A stretch of DNA of 64,000 nt. It comes from an uncultured Actinomycetota bacterium. Its GTDB lineage: Bacteria > Actinomycetota > Actinomycetes > Propionibacteriales > Nocardioidaceae. How positions within the stretch are numbered: position 1 is the first letter of the stretch; each line of letters opens with the position of its first letter. Both the position numbers and the translations under genes were made by a program. Shown piece after piece: positions 20,105 through 28,804 of the stretch. The DNA lies in assembly GCA_963742765.1 (NCBI GenBank), contig CAVUMY010000002.1, positions 1,194,895-1,258,894 on the forward strand, given 5' to 3'. The notes beneath the pieces were generated by a model. That model saw only the letters and a program-made list of their open reading frames with translations, ran no database searches and was not told the DNA's origin.

Positions 20105-20196
20105 CGCTCCCCCTTGCGATCATGGGCCGTTTCGAGGAGTACGCCGCTCAGGGGTGTCCGGGTTGCATGCCTCGGGGGACTTTGTGCCGCCGATCC

Positions 20197-21822
20197 TCAG
20201 GCGGGAGCCGCTCCGTACTGCGCCAGCTCGCCCGCGAGGCTCGGGTTGACGCGCGCGCGAACGCGTGTGCCGTCGCCCGTGTGGTCGACGCTCAGCACTT
20301 CGCCGTGCTCATGGATCTTGTTCATCAGGTCGCCGCGCTCGTAGGGCAGCAACGCGTCGACCTCGACCGACGGACGAGGCAGGTCGGCCTCAATCGCGCG
20401 CAGCGCGTCGGCGATGCCTTCACCGGTGCGGGCGGACACGACCACGGCGTGCGGTTCGCGCGCGAGCAGCCGCTGGATGACGTGCGGGTCGGCGGCGTCG
20501 GACTTGTTGATGACCACGAGCTCGGGCACCTGGTCGGCGCCGATCTCGGCGAAGACCTCACGGACGGCGGCGAGCTGGCCTTCGGGATCGGCGTGCGCGC
20601 CGTCGACGACGTGGATGACGAGGTCGGAGTCGGCGACCTCCTCGAGCGTGGAGCGGAATGCCTCGACGATCTGGTGCGGCAGGTGGCGGACGAAGCCGAC
20701 GGTGTCGGACAAGGTGTAGACCCGGCCGTCCGTGGTCGTCGTACGCCGCGTGGTCGGGTCGAGCGTTGCGAAGAGCGCGTCCTCGACGAGCACCCCGGCT
20801 CCGGTGAGCCGGTTGAGCAGCGACGACTTGCCCGCGTTGGTGTATCCCGCGATCGCGACGGCCGGGATCTCACGGCGTACGCGCTCGGCCTTCTTCGTCA
20901 CCCGGGCGGTCGCCATGTGCTTGAGCTCACGACGCAGCTTGGCCATCCGGGTGGTGATCCGGCGGCGATCGGTCTCGAGCTTGGTCTCACCGGGACCGCG
21001 ACCACCGATACCGCCACCCTGGACACCGACACGTCCACCGGCCTGGCGGGAGAGGTTGCCACCCCAACCACGGAGGCGTTGCTTCAGGTACTCGAGCTGG
21101 GCGAGCTCGACCTGCGCCTTGCCCTCCTTGGAGCGCGCGTGCTGGGCGAAGATGTCGAGGATCAGCGCCGTACGGTCGACGACCTTCACCTTGACCTTGT
21201 CCTCGAGGTTGCGCAGCTGGGACGGGCTCAGCTCTCCGTCACAGATGACGGTGTCGGCCCCGGTCTCGGCCACGACGATGCGGAGGTGGTCGACCTTGCC
21301 CGGTCCGATGTAGGTGGCCGGGTCGGGCTTCTGCCGGCGCTGCGACAAGGCGTCGAGCACCTGCGACCCAGCCGTCTCGGCCAGCAGCTTGAGCTCGGCC
21401 AGCGAGTTGTCGGCGTCCTGGACGCTGCCTTCGGTCCAGACGCCGACCAGCACCACGCGTTCGAGCCGCAGCTGGCGGTACTCGACCTCGGAGATGTCCT
21501 CGAGCTCGGTGGAGAGTCCCGCGACCCGTCGCAGGGCATGCCGCTCCTCGAGCTCGTAGTCGCCCTGGCTGTCATCGCCACCCTGCCGATCCGCAGAGCC
21601 CCCGAAGGTGTCCTCACCGTCGCTGCCCCAGTCGAAGTCGTCATCGGACTCGCGGATGAGGTGCCCCGTCTCGGCTGTCCCGGCTGTCCCCGCGGCCTCG
21701 CCGCTGTGGACACTCCCGCCAGTGAAGAAGTCGTCACGCAGCTCGATGTCTGCGCTGTCGGTGTCGAGGTCGTCGCCCGTGAAGTCCGGCTCGTCGGCAT
21801 ACGCACGTTTGTTCACTGTCAT
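20197..21822 (-). CDS. hflX: GTPase HflX with acidic N-terminal extension
   Basis: ATG at 21822 (MTVNKRAYADE...) chosen inside a 619-aa track ORF. HflX N-domain motif QLEYLKQRL, G1 GYTNAGKSSL, G3 DTVGF, G4 NKSD. Confidence 0.9.
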   Translation of the reverse strand: MTVNKRAYADEPDFTGDDLDTDSADIELRDDFFTGGSVHSGEAAGTAGTAETGHLIRESDDDFDWGSDGEDTFGGSADRQGGDDSQGDYELEERHALRRVAGLSTELEDISEVEYRQLRLERVVLVGVWTEGSVQDADNSLAELKLLAETAGSQVLDALSQRRQKPDPATYIGPGKVDHLRIVVAETGADTVICDGELSPSQLRNLEDKVKVKVVDRTALILDIFAQHARSKEGKAQVELAQLEYLKQRLRGWGGNLSRQAGGRVGVQGGGIGGRGPGETKLETDRRRITTRMAKLRRELKHMATARVTKKAERVRREIPAVAIAGYTNAGKSSLLNRLTGAGVLVEDALFATLDPTTRRTTTTDGRVYTLSDTVGFVRHLPHQIVEAFRSTLEEVADSDLVIHVVDGAHADPEGQLAAVREVFAEIGADQVPELVVINKSDAADPHVIQRLLAREPHAVVVSARTGEGIADALRAIEADLPRPSVEVDALLPYERGDLMNKIHEHGEVLSVDHTGDGTRVRARVNPSLAGELAQYGAAPA

Positions 21823-22031
21823 CGTGCTTCCACTGTACGGCGCGGCAGCGGCCCGCCACGAACGGTTTACGCCAGTTCGCGGGACCCGGCCACCAGGAGC
21901 CGGACACCGTCTGGCGCGGAAACTGGTCGGGCGGCCGCGACTCGAAGAGGGTCCGCGACCCGGCGGCACTATCATCAGTTGATGCCGGGCGTTCGCGGGT
22001 GGCCGCGTCATCGTTGGACTGAGGGGGACCC

Positions 22032-23489
22032 ATGACCAGCGACCTACAACCCTCACCGCCTGACGAACCCGAAGTCACGGCTGGCGCCCCCGCCGGCTAC
22101 CGCTACCGCTGGATGGTGCTGTTCATCGTCTTGGTGGCCGATGTGATGGATCTGCTCGACGCCACGATCGCCAACCTGGCCGGACCGTCCATCAGAGCCG
22201 ACCTGGGTGGAGGCGACAGCACACTGCAGTGGGTGCTGGCGGCGTACACGCTGGCCTTCGCGATCGGGCTCGTCACCTCCGGACGGCTGGGTGACCTGAT
22301 CGGCCGCCGTGAGATGTTCCTCATCGGCATGGTCGGCTTCACCGCGGCGTCGCTGGCGAGTGGGCTGGCGCCGTCTGCCGGGCTGCTGATCGGCGCCCGG
22401 GTGGCGCAGGGACTGTTCGGCGCGACGATGATCCCGCAGGGCCTGGCGATGGTGAAGCAGGCGTTCCCGCCTCAGGACCTGGCGAAGGCGTTCATCCCGT
22501 TCGGTCCGGTGCTGGGGTTGGCTGCGGTGCTCGGGCCGATCATCGCCGGCGTCCTCATCGACGCTGACCTGTTCGGAAGCGGCTGGCGCATGGTGTTCCT
22601 CATCAACCTGCCGGTCGGTGCGGTCGCCACCCTCCTGGCGTTCCGCTACCTGCCGGAGATGCCGTCGTCTGAGCGTCGCCATCGGCTCGACCTGGTCGGC
22701 AGCGCGCTGATCACGGCGGCGTCGGCAGCCCTCATCTACCCGTTGGTGCAGGGTCGAGAGGCGGGCTGGCCGGGGTGGACGTTTGCGCTGATGGGCGCGT
22801 CTGTCGTCCTGTTCGCCCTCTTCATCTGGAACGAGCGCCGCTCGGCGCACCCGGTGATCGAGCCGTCGCTGTTCAAGCACCGGGGATACGTCGCGGGGCT
22901 GCTGCTCTTGTTGACGTTCTTTGCCGGGTTGTCGGGGTTCATGCTGTCGTTCAACCTGTTCGTCCAGCTTGGCCTCGGCTTCAGACCACTCGACGCCGGG
23001 CTCGCCCTGACGCCGTTCGCGCTCGGGATCGCCGTCGGCTCGGCGCTGTCCGGCGCCTGGCTTGGCGCGCGGTTGGGACGTCCCGTCATGCACGTAGGCC
23101 TCATCGGCATCCTGCTCGGCATCATCATGCTCGGGCTGACCATCGAGCAGTGGGACCTCGACGTCACCGGCTGGCAGCTCGCCCCGGGAACCCTGGTCGC
23201 CGGTGTCGGCGCCGGACTGATCTTCCCGCCGATGTTCGACCTGATCCTGGCCGATCTGGACGAGAACGAGGTCGGCACCGGTGCCGGGCTGCTCAACGCC
23301 GTCCAGCAGTTCGGCGGAGCCGCCGGCGTGGCCGTGCTCGGGACGATCTTCTTCCAGCTGCTGCCGACAGATGGCTTCAGTGATGCGTTCGGTGGCGTGC
23401 TGGGCGTGGCAATCGGGTGTTGGGTGGCGTCGTTCGCGGTCGTGTTCCTGCTCCCGAAGCGGGCGCGCGAGGAGATGGCTACTCCCTGA
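22032..23489 (+). CDS. MFS transporter, 14-TMS DHA2/EmrB-like
   Basis: 485 aa with many TM segments. MFS motif A-like GRLGDLIGRREMF. Confidence 0.88.
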   Translation: MTSDLQPSPPDEPEVTAGAPAGYRYRWMVLFIVLVADVMDLLDATIANLAGPSIRADLGGGDSTLQWVLAAYTLAFAIGLVTSGRLGDLIGRREMFLIGMVGFTAASLASGLAPSAGLLIGARVAQGLFGATMIPQGLAMVKQAFPPQDLAKAFIPFGPVLGLAAVLGPIIAGVLIDADLFGSGWRMVFLINLPVGAVATLLAFRYLPEMPSSERRHRLDLVGSALITAASAALIYPLVQGREAGWPGWTFALMGASVVLFALFIWNERRSAHPVIEPSLFKHRGYVAGLLLLLTFFAGLSGFMLSFNLFVQLGLGFRPLDAGLALTPFALGIAVGSALSGAWLGARLGRPVMHVGLIGILLGIIMLGLTIEQWDLDVTGWQLAPGTLVAGVGAGLIFPPMFDLILADLDENEVGTGAGLLNAVQQFGGAAGVAVLGTIFFQLLPTDGFSDAFGGVLGVAIGCWVASFAVVFLLPKRAREEMATP

Positions 23490-23516
23490 CGCGGCGGGGT
23501 ACGCCGCTGGTCGGGC

Positions 23517-23628
23517 GGCGTACCAGGTGAGCGGCGTACCAGGTGAGCGGCGTACCAGGTGAGCGGCGTACCAGGTGAGCGGCGTACCAGGTGAGCGGCG
23601 TACCAGGTGAGCGGCGTACCAGGTGAGC
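23517..23628. repeat. 16-bp tandem repeat x7 (GGCGTACCAGGTGAGC)
   Basis: Seven identical head-to-tail units by direct reading. Intergenic, between the convergent MFS and dapF genes. Confidence 0.95.
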
Positions 23629-23655
23629 GAGGCAAGCACCCAGTGACCGCGTCAG

Positions 23656-23699
23656 GTTTGCCTAGTTCACAGGCCAGCTGGCTTGTGAACTAGGCAAAC
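23656..23699. repeat. family-1 palindromic element, 1 mismatch
   Basis: GTTTGCCTAGTTCACAGGCCAGCTGGCTTGTGAACTAGGCAAAC carries one A>G change in the left arm. Confidence 0.9.
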
Positions 23700-23723
23700 G
23701 CGGAGGGCCAGGTGGGCAGGGAC

Positions 23724-24584
23724 CTACGAGGGGGTCCAGGTGCCGGTGGCGACGAGGACGGCGTCGCCCTTGAGGTGGATGTGGTCGTCGACGTCCCAGA
23801 TGACGGTGAGCGTCCCGCCCGGCACGTCGACACGGTAGGACGCGGGCAAGGTGGCACCGGCGTCGGCCGTGATGGCCGCCGCGACGACGGCGCAGGCGCC
23901 GGTGCCGCACGACCACGTCTCACCCGCCCCGCGCTCGAACACCCGCATCGCCAGGTGCCGGTCGCCGCGGCGGACGACGAACTCGACATTGACGCCATCG
24001 GGGTACTCCGCACTGCAGAAGATCGGCGAACGCGCGAGCTCGCCCAGCGCGGCCAGATCATCCACGACGACCACGGCGTGAGGGTTGCCCATGTCGACCT
24101 TGTGCCCCGCCATCGCATGCCCGTTCAGCGACACGGTCACGTCACCGGCCACCTTCGGGTTGCCCATGTCGACGCTGATCTCGCCGTCGTCGCAGAACGT
24201 GACGAGCTTGATCCCGTCTCGCGTGTCGATCGGGAGCGGAGCCGTCAGGCGGGCTACCTCGACCAGGCCGGCCTCGGCAAGGTACCGAGCGAAGACGCGG
24301 ATGCCGTTGCCACACATCTCCGACACGGAGCCGTCGGCGTTGCGATAGTCCATGAACCAGTCCGCCCCCCCGTCGACGTCCCCGCGGAGCACGCGGAGCA
24401 CGCCGTCCGCGCCGATCCCGCCGCGGCGGTCACACAGTGCGGCCACCACGTCCGGCGTCAGGTCACCGTGCATGGTGCCGTCGAGGTCCGGCAGCACCAC
24501 GAAGTCGTTGTGGGTGCCGTGACCCTTGACGAACGGGAAGTTCACCCCTCGATCGTACGGCCCCGGCGGCGGCGCCGAGCTCAC
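23724..24584 (-). CDS. dapF: diaminopimelate epimerase
   Basis: Motifs FVKGHGTHNDFVV, catalytic Cys contexts EMCGNGIR and SCGTGACA. An alternative GTG start at 24545 (VNFPFVKGHG) is plausible. Confidence 0.9.
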   Translation of the reverse strand: MSSAPPPGPYDRGVNFPFVKGHGTHNDFVVLPDLDGTMHGDLTPDVVAALCDRRGGIGADGVLRVLRGDVDGGADWFMDYRNADGSVSEMCGNGIRVFARYLAEAGLVEVARLTAPLPIDTRDGIKLVTFCDDGEISVDMGNPKVAGDVTVSLNGHAMAGHKVDMGNPHAVVVVDDLAALGELARSPIFCSAEYPDGVNVEFVVRRGDRHLAMRVFERGAGETWSCGTGACAVVAAAITADAGATLPASYRVDVPGGTLTVIWDVDDHIHLKGDAVLVATGTWTPS

Positions 24585-25495
24585 GCGAGTCCCGTCACGA
24601 GCGCCGAAGCGCGGGCAGCCAGGTCAGCGGCGTCATACGGCAGCCAGCTGATCCGCGGGTCACGGCGGAACCAGGTGTCCTGGCGGCGGGCGAACTTCCG
24701 GGTCCCCCGCACCGTGTCCTCGCGGGCTTCCGCCTCCGAGCACTCCCCGGCGAGGAACCGCAGCACCTGGGCGTACCCGAGCGCCCGGCTCGCCGTTCGA
24801 CCCTCGCGCAGCCCCAGCGACTCCAACCGGCGTACCTCGTCGACCAAGCCGCCGTCCCACATCTGACCGACCCGATGCTCGATCCGCTGGTCCAGGAGGT
24901 CCCGGGGTACGTCGATGCCGATCTGGACTGCCAGCTCGAAGGCGTAGCGATGGTCCGGCAGCCGCGCCTGGAAGGGGCGCCCGGTGATCTCGAGAACTTC
25001 GAGAGCCCGGACGATCCGCCGCGCGTTGCCCGGCAGGATCACCTCGGCCGCGGCGGCGTCGACCGACCGCAGCCGTTCGTGCATGGCCGGCGCGCCCACG
25101 GAAGCGAGCTCGCTCTCCAGCCGCGCCCGCACGTCCGGGTCGGCCCCGGGGAAGTCGAACTGGTCCAGGACTGCCCGCAGGTACAGGGCCGAGCCCCCGA
25201 CGAGCACCGGCAGCCGGCCGCGGCGTCGACAGTCCTCGATGGCACTCCGCGCCCAGCCCTGGAACTCCGCCACCGTCGCCGGCTCGGTCACGTCGAGCCG
25301 GTCCAGCAAGTGGTGCGGTACACCGCGGCGTTGGGCTGGTGCGAGCTTGGCGGTGCCGATGTCCATCCCGCGGTAGAGCTGCATCGAGTCACCGTTGACG
25401 ACCTCGCCCCCCAGCTCCAGCGCCAGGTCGACCGCCAGGTCGCTCTTGCCCGCGGCCGTGGGTCCGACCACGGCGACGACAGGTGGCGTGGGCAT
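24581..25495 (-). CDS. miaA: tRNA dimethylallyltransferase
   Basis: P-loop VVGPTAAGKSDLAV, then DSMQLYRGMDIGTAK and GGSALYL. Conserved synteny next to dapF. Confidence 0.93.
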   Translation of the reverse strand: MPTPPVVAVVGPTAAGKSDLAVDLALELGGEVVNGDSMQLYRGMDIGTAKLAPAQRRGVPHHLLDRLDVTEPATVAEFQGWARSAIEDCRRRGRLPVLVGGSALYLRAVLDQFDFPGADPDVRARLESELASVGAPAMHERLRSVDAAAAEVILPGNARRIVRALEVLEITGRPFQARLPDHRYAFELAVQIGIDVPRDLLDQRIEHRVGQMWDGGLVDEVRRLESLGLREGRTASRALGYAQVLRFLAGECSEAEAREDTVRGTRKFARRQDTWFRRDPRISWLPYDAADLAARASALVTGLA

Positions 25496-25510
25496 CCGCC
25501 CATGATCTCA

Positions 25511-25564
25511 CCGAGGTGTCAGAACCCAGTCGGCCTATCGCGCCACCTGGTTCTGACACCGCGG
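25511..25564. repeat. family-2 hairpin element, copy 1
   Basis: CCGAGGTGTCAGAACC-N22-GGTTCTGACACCGCGG. It lies 15 nt upstream of the miaA ATG on the minus strand and has the same orientation as copies 2 and 3. Confidence 0.85.
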
Positions 25565-25624
25565 TTGGGTATGAGCCCTCGGCACACCACAATGGTCGTA
25601 CGGGGCACGCTGAGGAGGACACGC

Positions 25625-25843
25625 ATGGGGTTCCTGGACAAGTTCAAGACCAAGGCCACCGAAGCCGTCGACAAACACGGCAACAAGATCAACTCAGGAC
25701 TCGGCAAGGCCGGTGAGTTCGTCGACAAGAGGACCGGGGGCAAGCACCACGACAAGATCGAGTCGGCCAAGTCGAAGGCGGCCGAAGCCCTCGACAAGCT
25801 CGACGGCAAGAACGACGACCTGCCCGACACCCCGCCGAAGTAG
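25625..25843 (+). CDS. small Lys-rich protein resembling the Rv0909/CsbD-like helical family
   Basis: 72 aa, MGFLDKFKTKATEAVDKHGNKINSGLGKAGEFVDKRTGGKHHDKIESAKSKA... The ATG lies inside a long shadow ORF. Confidence 0.6.
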   Translation: MGFLDKFKTKATEAVDKHGNKINSGLGKAGEFVDKRTGGKHHDKIESAKSKAAEALDKLDGKNDDLPDTPPK

Positions 25844-25872
25844 GCCAGCTCGGCTGTCCGGCTGCTGTTGCG

Positions 25873-26610
25873 TCAGCGCACGGCGTAGGTGACGGCCCAC
25901 TCGACCACGGCGTACCCGACGCCATAGGGCGCCGCGTCGTAGGGCACGGTCGCGCTGATGGTGCCGCCCGTGTCGTACGTCGTCTGAGCGGCACCGGCCA
26001 GCACCTGCCACACCGGACGGCCGGTCGACCACAACGCTGCATCGAGGTCCGGGTCGAGCGCGAGCAAGGCGTCGACGTCGCCGCGAGCCAACGCGGTCAC
26101 CGCGCTCTCGTCGTAGCCGACCGCGCGCTCGTCGAGGTAACCCGGTGACTGGGTGGTGCGGCGGGCGCTCCCGTCGGCCATAGCGAGCACGGTCACCGGT
26201 TCGGGCGAGCCGACGAGGTCCCGCCCGAGCTGGGCACACGTGGACGGCGCCGTCCCCCCCGCCACAGCTACGTAGCGGCGACCAGAGGCGGGCCAGCCGG
26301 CCACGTCGAGCAGGTAGGCGCCGACCGTGAGCGACAAGGGCAGCACGATCTCGGGCCCCCCGAACGAGACGTCGCTTCCGAAGGCCCGCAGGTCGCCACC
26401 GGCCCCGCCATCCCAGTCGCCCGCCGTGGCGGCCGCTCCGACGACGACGACCCGAGGTGGCTCCTGCTCGGTGCCCGGGGCGGCGACGGCAAGCCGTCGT
26501 ACGGCGTCCTGGCAACAGGTCCGCAGGTCGGCGGTCTCCGCTGCGGCGCCGGACGCCAGGGCCGGTACCAGAAGCGGCGGGTGGGGGCAGACCGCAGCAG
26601 CGACGAGCAT
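25873..26610 (-). CDS. class III extradiol dioxygenase subunit-B-like / MEMO-like domain protein (Rv2728c-like position)
   Basis: 245 aa. The N-terminus MLVAAAVCPHPPLLVP and its position between miaA and miaB match the conserved actinobacterial gene. Function unknown. Confidence 0.55.
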   Translation of the reverse strand: MLVAAAVCPHPPLLVPALASGAAAETADLRTCCQDAVRRLAVAAPGTEQEPPRVVVVGAAATAGDWDGGAGGDLRAFGSDVSFGGPEIVLPLSLTVGAYLLDVAGWPASGRRYVAVAGGTAPSTCAQLGRDLVGSPEPVTVLAMADGSARRTTQSPGYLDERAVGYDESAVTALARGDVDALLALDPDLDAALWSTGRPVWQVLAGAAQTTYDTGGTISATVPYDAAPYGVGYAVVEWAVTYAVR

Positions 26611-26665
26611 GCAGCGACCCTAGGCGGCGCGGCGGTCGTCAGGAGCGGCGGCCTAGGCTCTCCCC

Positions 26666-27139
26666 GTGTCAGAACGCTTCCGGGTCGTGCCCGCCGCCTA
26701 CGTGATCCTGCGCCGTGACGACGAGGTGCTGTTGCAGCTGCGCGAGGGCACCGGCTTCATGGACGGGCACTGGGCGACTGCGGCAGCCGGTCATGTGGAG
26801 TCCGGTGAGGCAGTCCATGAGGCAGCGGTCCGCGAGGCGACGGAAGAGCTCGGGGTGCGGATCGACGTGACCGACCTCGAACCGCTCTGCGGCATGCACC
26901 GCACCGGTGCCACCGGCCGCCCGATCGACGAACGGGTCGACTGGTTCTTCGCCTGCCGGCGCTGGCAGGGCGAGCCCCGCGTGGTCGAGTCGCACAAGAC
27001 CGCCGACCTTCAGTGGTTCGCGCTCGACACGCTGCCCGAGCCGGTGGTGCCGCACGAGAGATACGTCTACGAGCAGCTCCGGGCCGGGACGCTGGCCCCG
27101 GTCGTGGCCTTCGGCTTCGCCGGCGGTCCGCACGCCTGA
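26666..27139 (+). CDS. NUDIX hydrolase
   Basis: Nudix box GHVESGEAVHEAAVREATEELGV. GTG start. Confidence 0.85.
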   Translation: MSERFRVVPAAYVILRRDDEVLLQLREGTGFMDGHWATAAAGHVESGEAVHEAAVREATEELGVRIDVTDLEPLCGMHRTGATGRPIDERVDWFFACRRWQGEPRVVESHKTADLQWFALDTLPEPVVPHERYVYEQLRAGTLAPVVAFGFAGGPHA

Positions 27140-27260
27140 CCGCGGCTCGTCCTGCTCGGCCCCGCCACCCGCGAATTGCGGGAAGGTGCAGGCGTCGTAC
27201 GGCGTGTCGGCCTGCGCTTTCCCGCATTCCGGGCGACGGGTCCGGCGGCATCGCCCCCGG

Positions 27261-28655
27261 TCAGGAGTCGAAGCCCAGCCCCAGCCGGTCGAGCGTGCGC
27301 AGCCACAGGTCCCGCCGCCCTTCGTTGCGGTCGGCCCGCGCGATCGATGCGCGGGTGATCTGCACCCCGGCGTACGCGAACGGCTCGGGCGGGAACGGCA
27401 CGGGTTTGGTCCGGACCAGCTTCGTCGCGGTCCGCTCTGTCTCTTCCCCCGACAGCAGGTCGAGCATCACCTGGGCGCCGAACCGGGTCGCACCGACCCC
27501 AAGGCCGGTGAAGCCTGCGGCGTACGCCGTCTGCCCGCCATGAGCCGTACCGAAGAACGCGCAGAAGCGGCTGCACAGGTCGATGGCGCCACCCCAGGCG
27601 TGGCTGAAGCTCAGTCCCTCCAGCTGGGGGAAGGTCGTGAAGAAGTGGTCGGACAGCAGGTCGAAGGTGGCTGGCCGTGAGTCCAGCGCGGGGCTGATCT
27701 TGCCGCCGAAGTGGTAGATCGCGTCGTAGCCGCCGAACAGGATCCGGTTGTCCGGGGTCAGCCGGTAGTAGTGGAACTGGTTGGCCGTGTCGCCGATGCC
27801 CTGCCGGTTGCGCCAGCCGATGGCGGCGAGCTGCTCGGCCGAGAGGGGCTCGGTGACGAGGGCGTAGTCGTACACCGGGGCGATGAACGGCCGCAGGCGT
27901 TTGACCAGTGCCGGGAACGCGTTGGTCGCGAGCACGACTTGCCGCGCCGTGAGAGATGCGTGCTTGGTCTGCAGGCGGATGCCGTCCGGCTCGCGCTTGA
28001 TCCCTTTGACGTAGGTGCCCTCGAAGATCCTGACGCCGAGGTCCTCGACGGCGCGCGCCAGACCCCAGGCCAGCTTGCCGGGGTGCACCATGACCGTGCC
28101 GTGCTCGTCCCAGAGTCCGGCCTGGTAGGTCGGGGAGGCGACCTCGCGACGTACCTCGTCGCGGTCGAGGAAGCGGCCGCCACCGGCCTCAGCGGCTTCG
28201 CGCAGGTCGGCCACCTGGTACCCCTCGGTGGCGACGTTGAGCTCACCGGTGCGCTCGAGGTCGCACTCGATGTCGTACTTGTCGAGGTCGGCCAGCAAAC
28301 CGTCGAGGTTCTCGTCGCCGAGCCGCTTGAGGGTGTCGAACTCATCGGGGAAACGGTCGCGGCCGTTGGCGTCGCCGTGGGTGATGCTGGCGTCGCAGAA
28401 GCCGCCGTTGCGTCCGCTCGCCGCCCAGCCGACCCGGCAGGCGTCGACCACCACCACGTCGCGGTCCGGATCTTGTTGCTTAGCGAGGAGGGCGGCCCAC
28501 AGGCCCGAGTACCCCGCGCCGACGATGGCCAGGTCGGTCCTGGTGGCCCGATCGAGGTGGGGGCGCTGGGGCGGCCGGATCGAGTCGTCCAGCCAGAACG
28601 ACGTACTGCTGGTCCCCCGCCACGACGACTCTTGCGCACCGGCAGCACTACCCAT
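27261..28655 (-). CDS. FAD-dependent oxidoreductase (DAO family)
   Basis: 464 aa with dinucleotide-binding motif DLAIVGAGYSGLWAAL. Confidence 0.85.
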   Translation of the reverse strand: MGSAAGAQESSWRGTSSTSFWLDDSIRPPQRPHLDRATRTDLAIVGAGYSGLWAALLAKQQDPDRDVVVVDACRVGWAASGRNGGFCDASITHGDANGRDRFPDEFDTLKRLGDENLDGLLADLDKYDIECDLERTGELNVATEGYQVADLREAAEAGGGRFLDRDEVRREVASPTYQAGLWDEHGTVMVHPGKLAWGLARAVEDLGVRIFEGTYVKGIKREPDGIRLQTKHASLTARQVVLATNAFPALVKRLRPFIAPVYDYALVTEPLSAEQLAAIGWRNRQGIGDTANQFHYYRLTPDNRILFGGYDAIYHFGGKISPALDSRPATFDLLSDHFFTTFPQLEGLSFSHAWGGAIDLCSRFCAFFGTAHGGQTAYAAGFTGLGVGATRFGAQVMLDLLSGEETERTATKLVRTKPVPFPPEPFAYAGVQITRASIARADRNEGRRDLWLRTLDRLGLGFDS

Positions 28656-28685
28656 GCCTCCATCCTGCCCGACCTGGCCGTAGGC

Positions 28686-28771
28686 GTTTGCCTAGTTCAC
28701 AAGCCAGGTGGCTGCAGAACTAGGCAAATTCGCCTCGAGAACAGGGCCTTTGCCTTGTTAACTAGGCAAAC
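28686..28771. repeat. two degenerate family-1 palindromic copies
   Basis: 28686-28728 is GTTTGCCTAGTTCACAAGCCAGGTGGCTGCAGAACTAGGCAAA, with a diverged right arm. 28749-28771 is TTTGCCTTGTTAACTAGGCAAAC, a mini-version that keeps only the outer arms. Confidence 0.8.
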
Positions 28772-28804
28772 GCGGCGGCCACCATCCGCAGTGGCGGCAG
28801 GCCG

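Noticed and set aside
20122-22035. 637-aa plus-strand ORF, together with similar long ORFs at 9729-11126(-), 22053-23639(-), 23712-24866(+), 52893-54104(-), 54616-55869(+) and 58306-59493(+)
   Set aside because: These are shadow ORFs antisense to, or out of frame with, well-supported genes (hflX, ABC ATPases, MFS, dapF, membrane protein, epimerase, MMPL). They are rich in Arg, Pro, Gly and His, as expected for non-coding frames in high-GC DNA.
23517-23628. Possible CRISPR array
   Set aside because: The units are 16 bp, directly abutting with no spacers, and no cas genes are nearby. It is a simple tandem repeat.
25625-25843. Toxin-antitoxin locus based on the Rv0909-like small protein
   Set aside because: There is no adjacent candidate toxin ORF. 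The flanking genes are miaA and a conserved MEMO-like gene, so nothing supports a TA pair here.
26640-26690. Possible fourth family-2 copy (GTGTCAGAAC at 26666, preceded by CGGCCTAG)
   Set aside because: Only one arm is present, the partner arm is missing, and the order of loop-like and arm-like parts is wrong. The 10-mer coincides with the GTG start of the NUDIX gene. It is at most a rearranged remnant.
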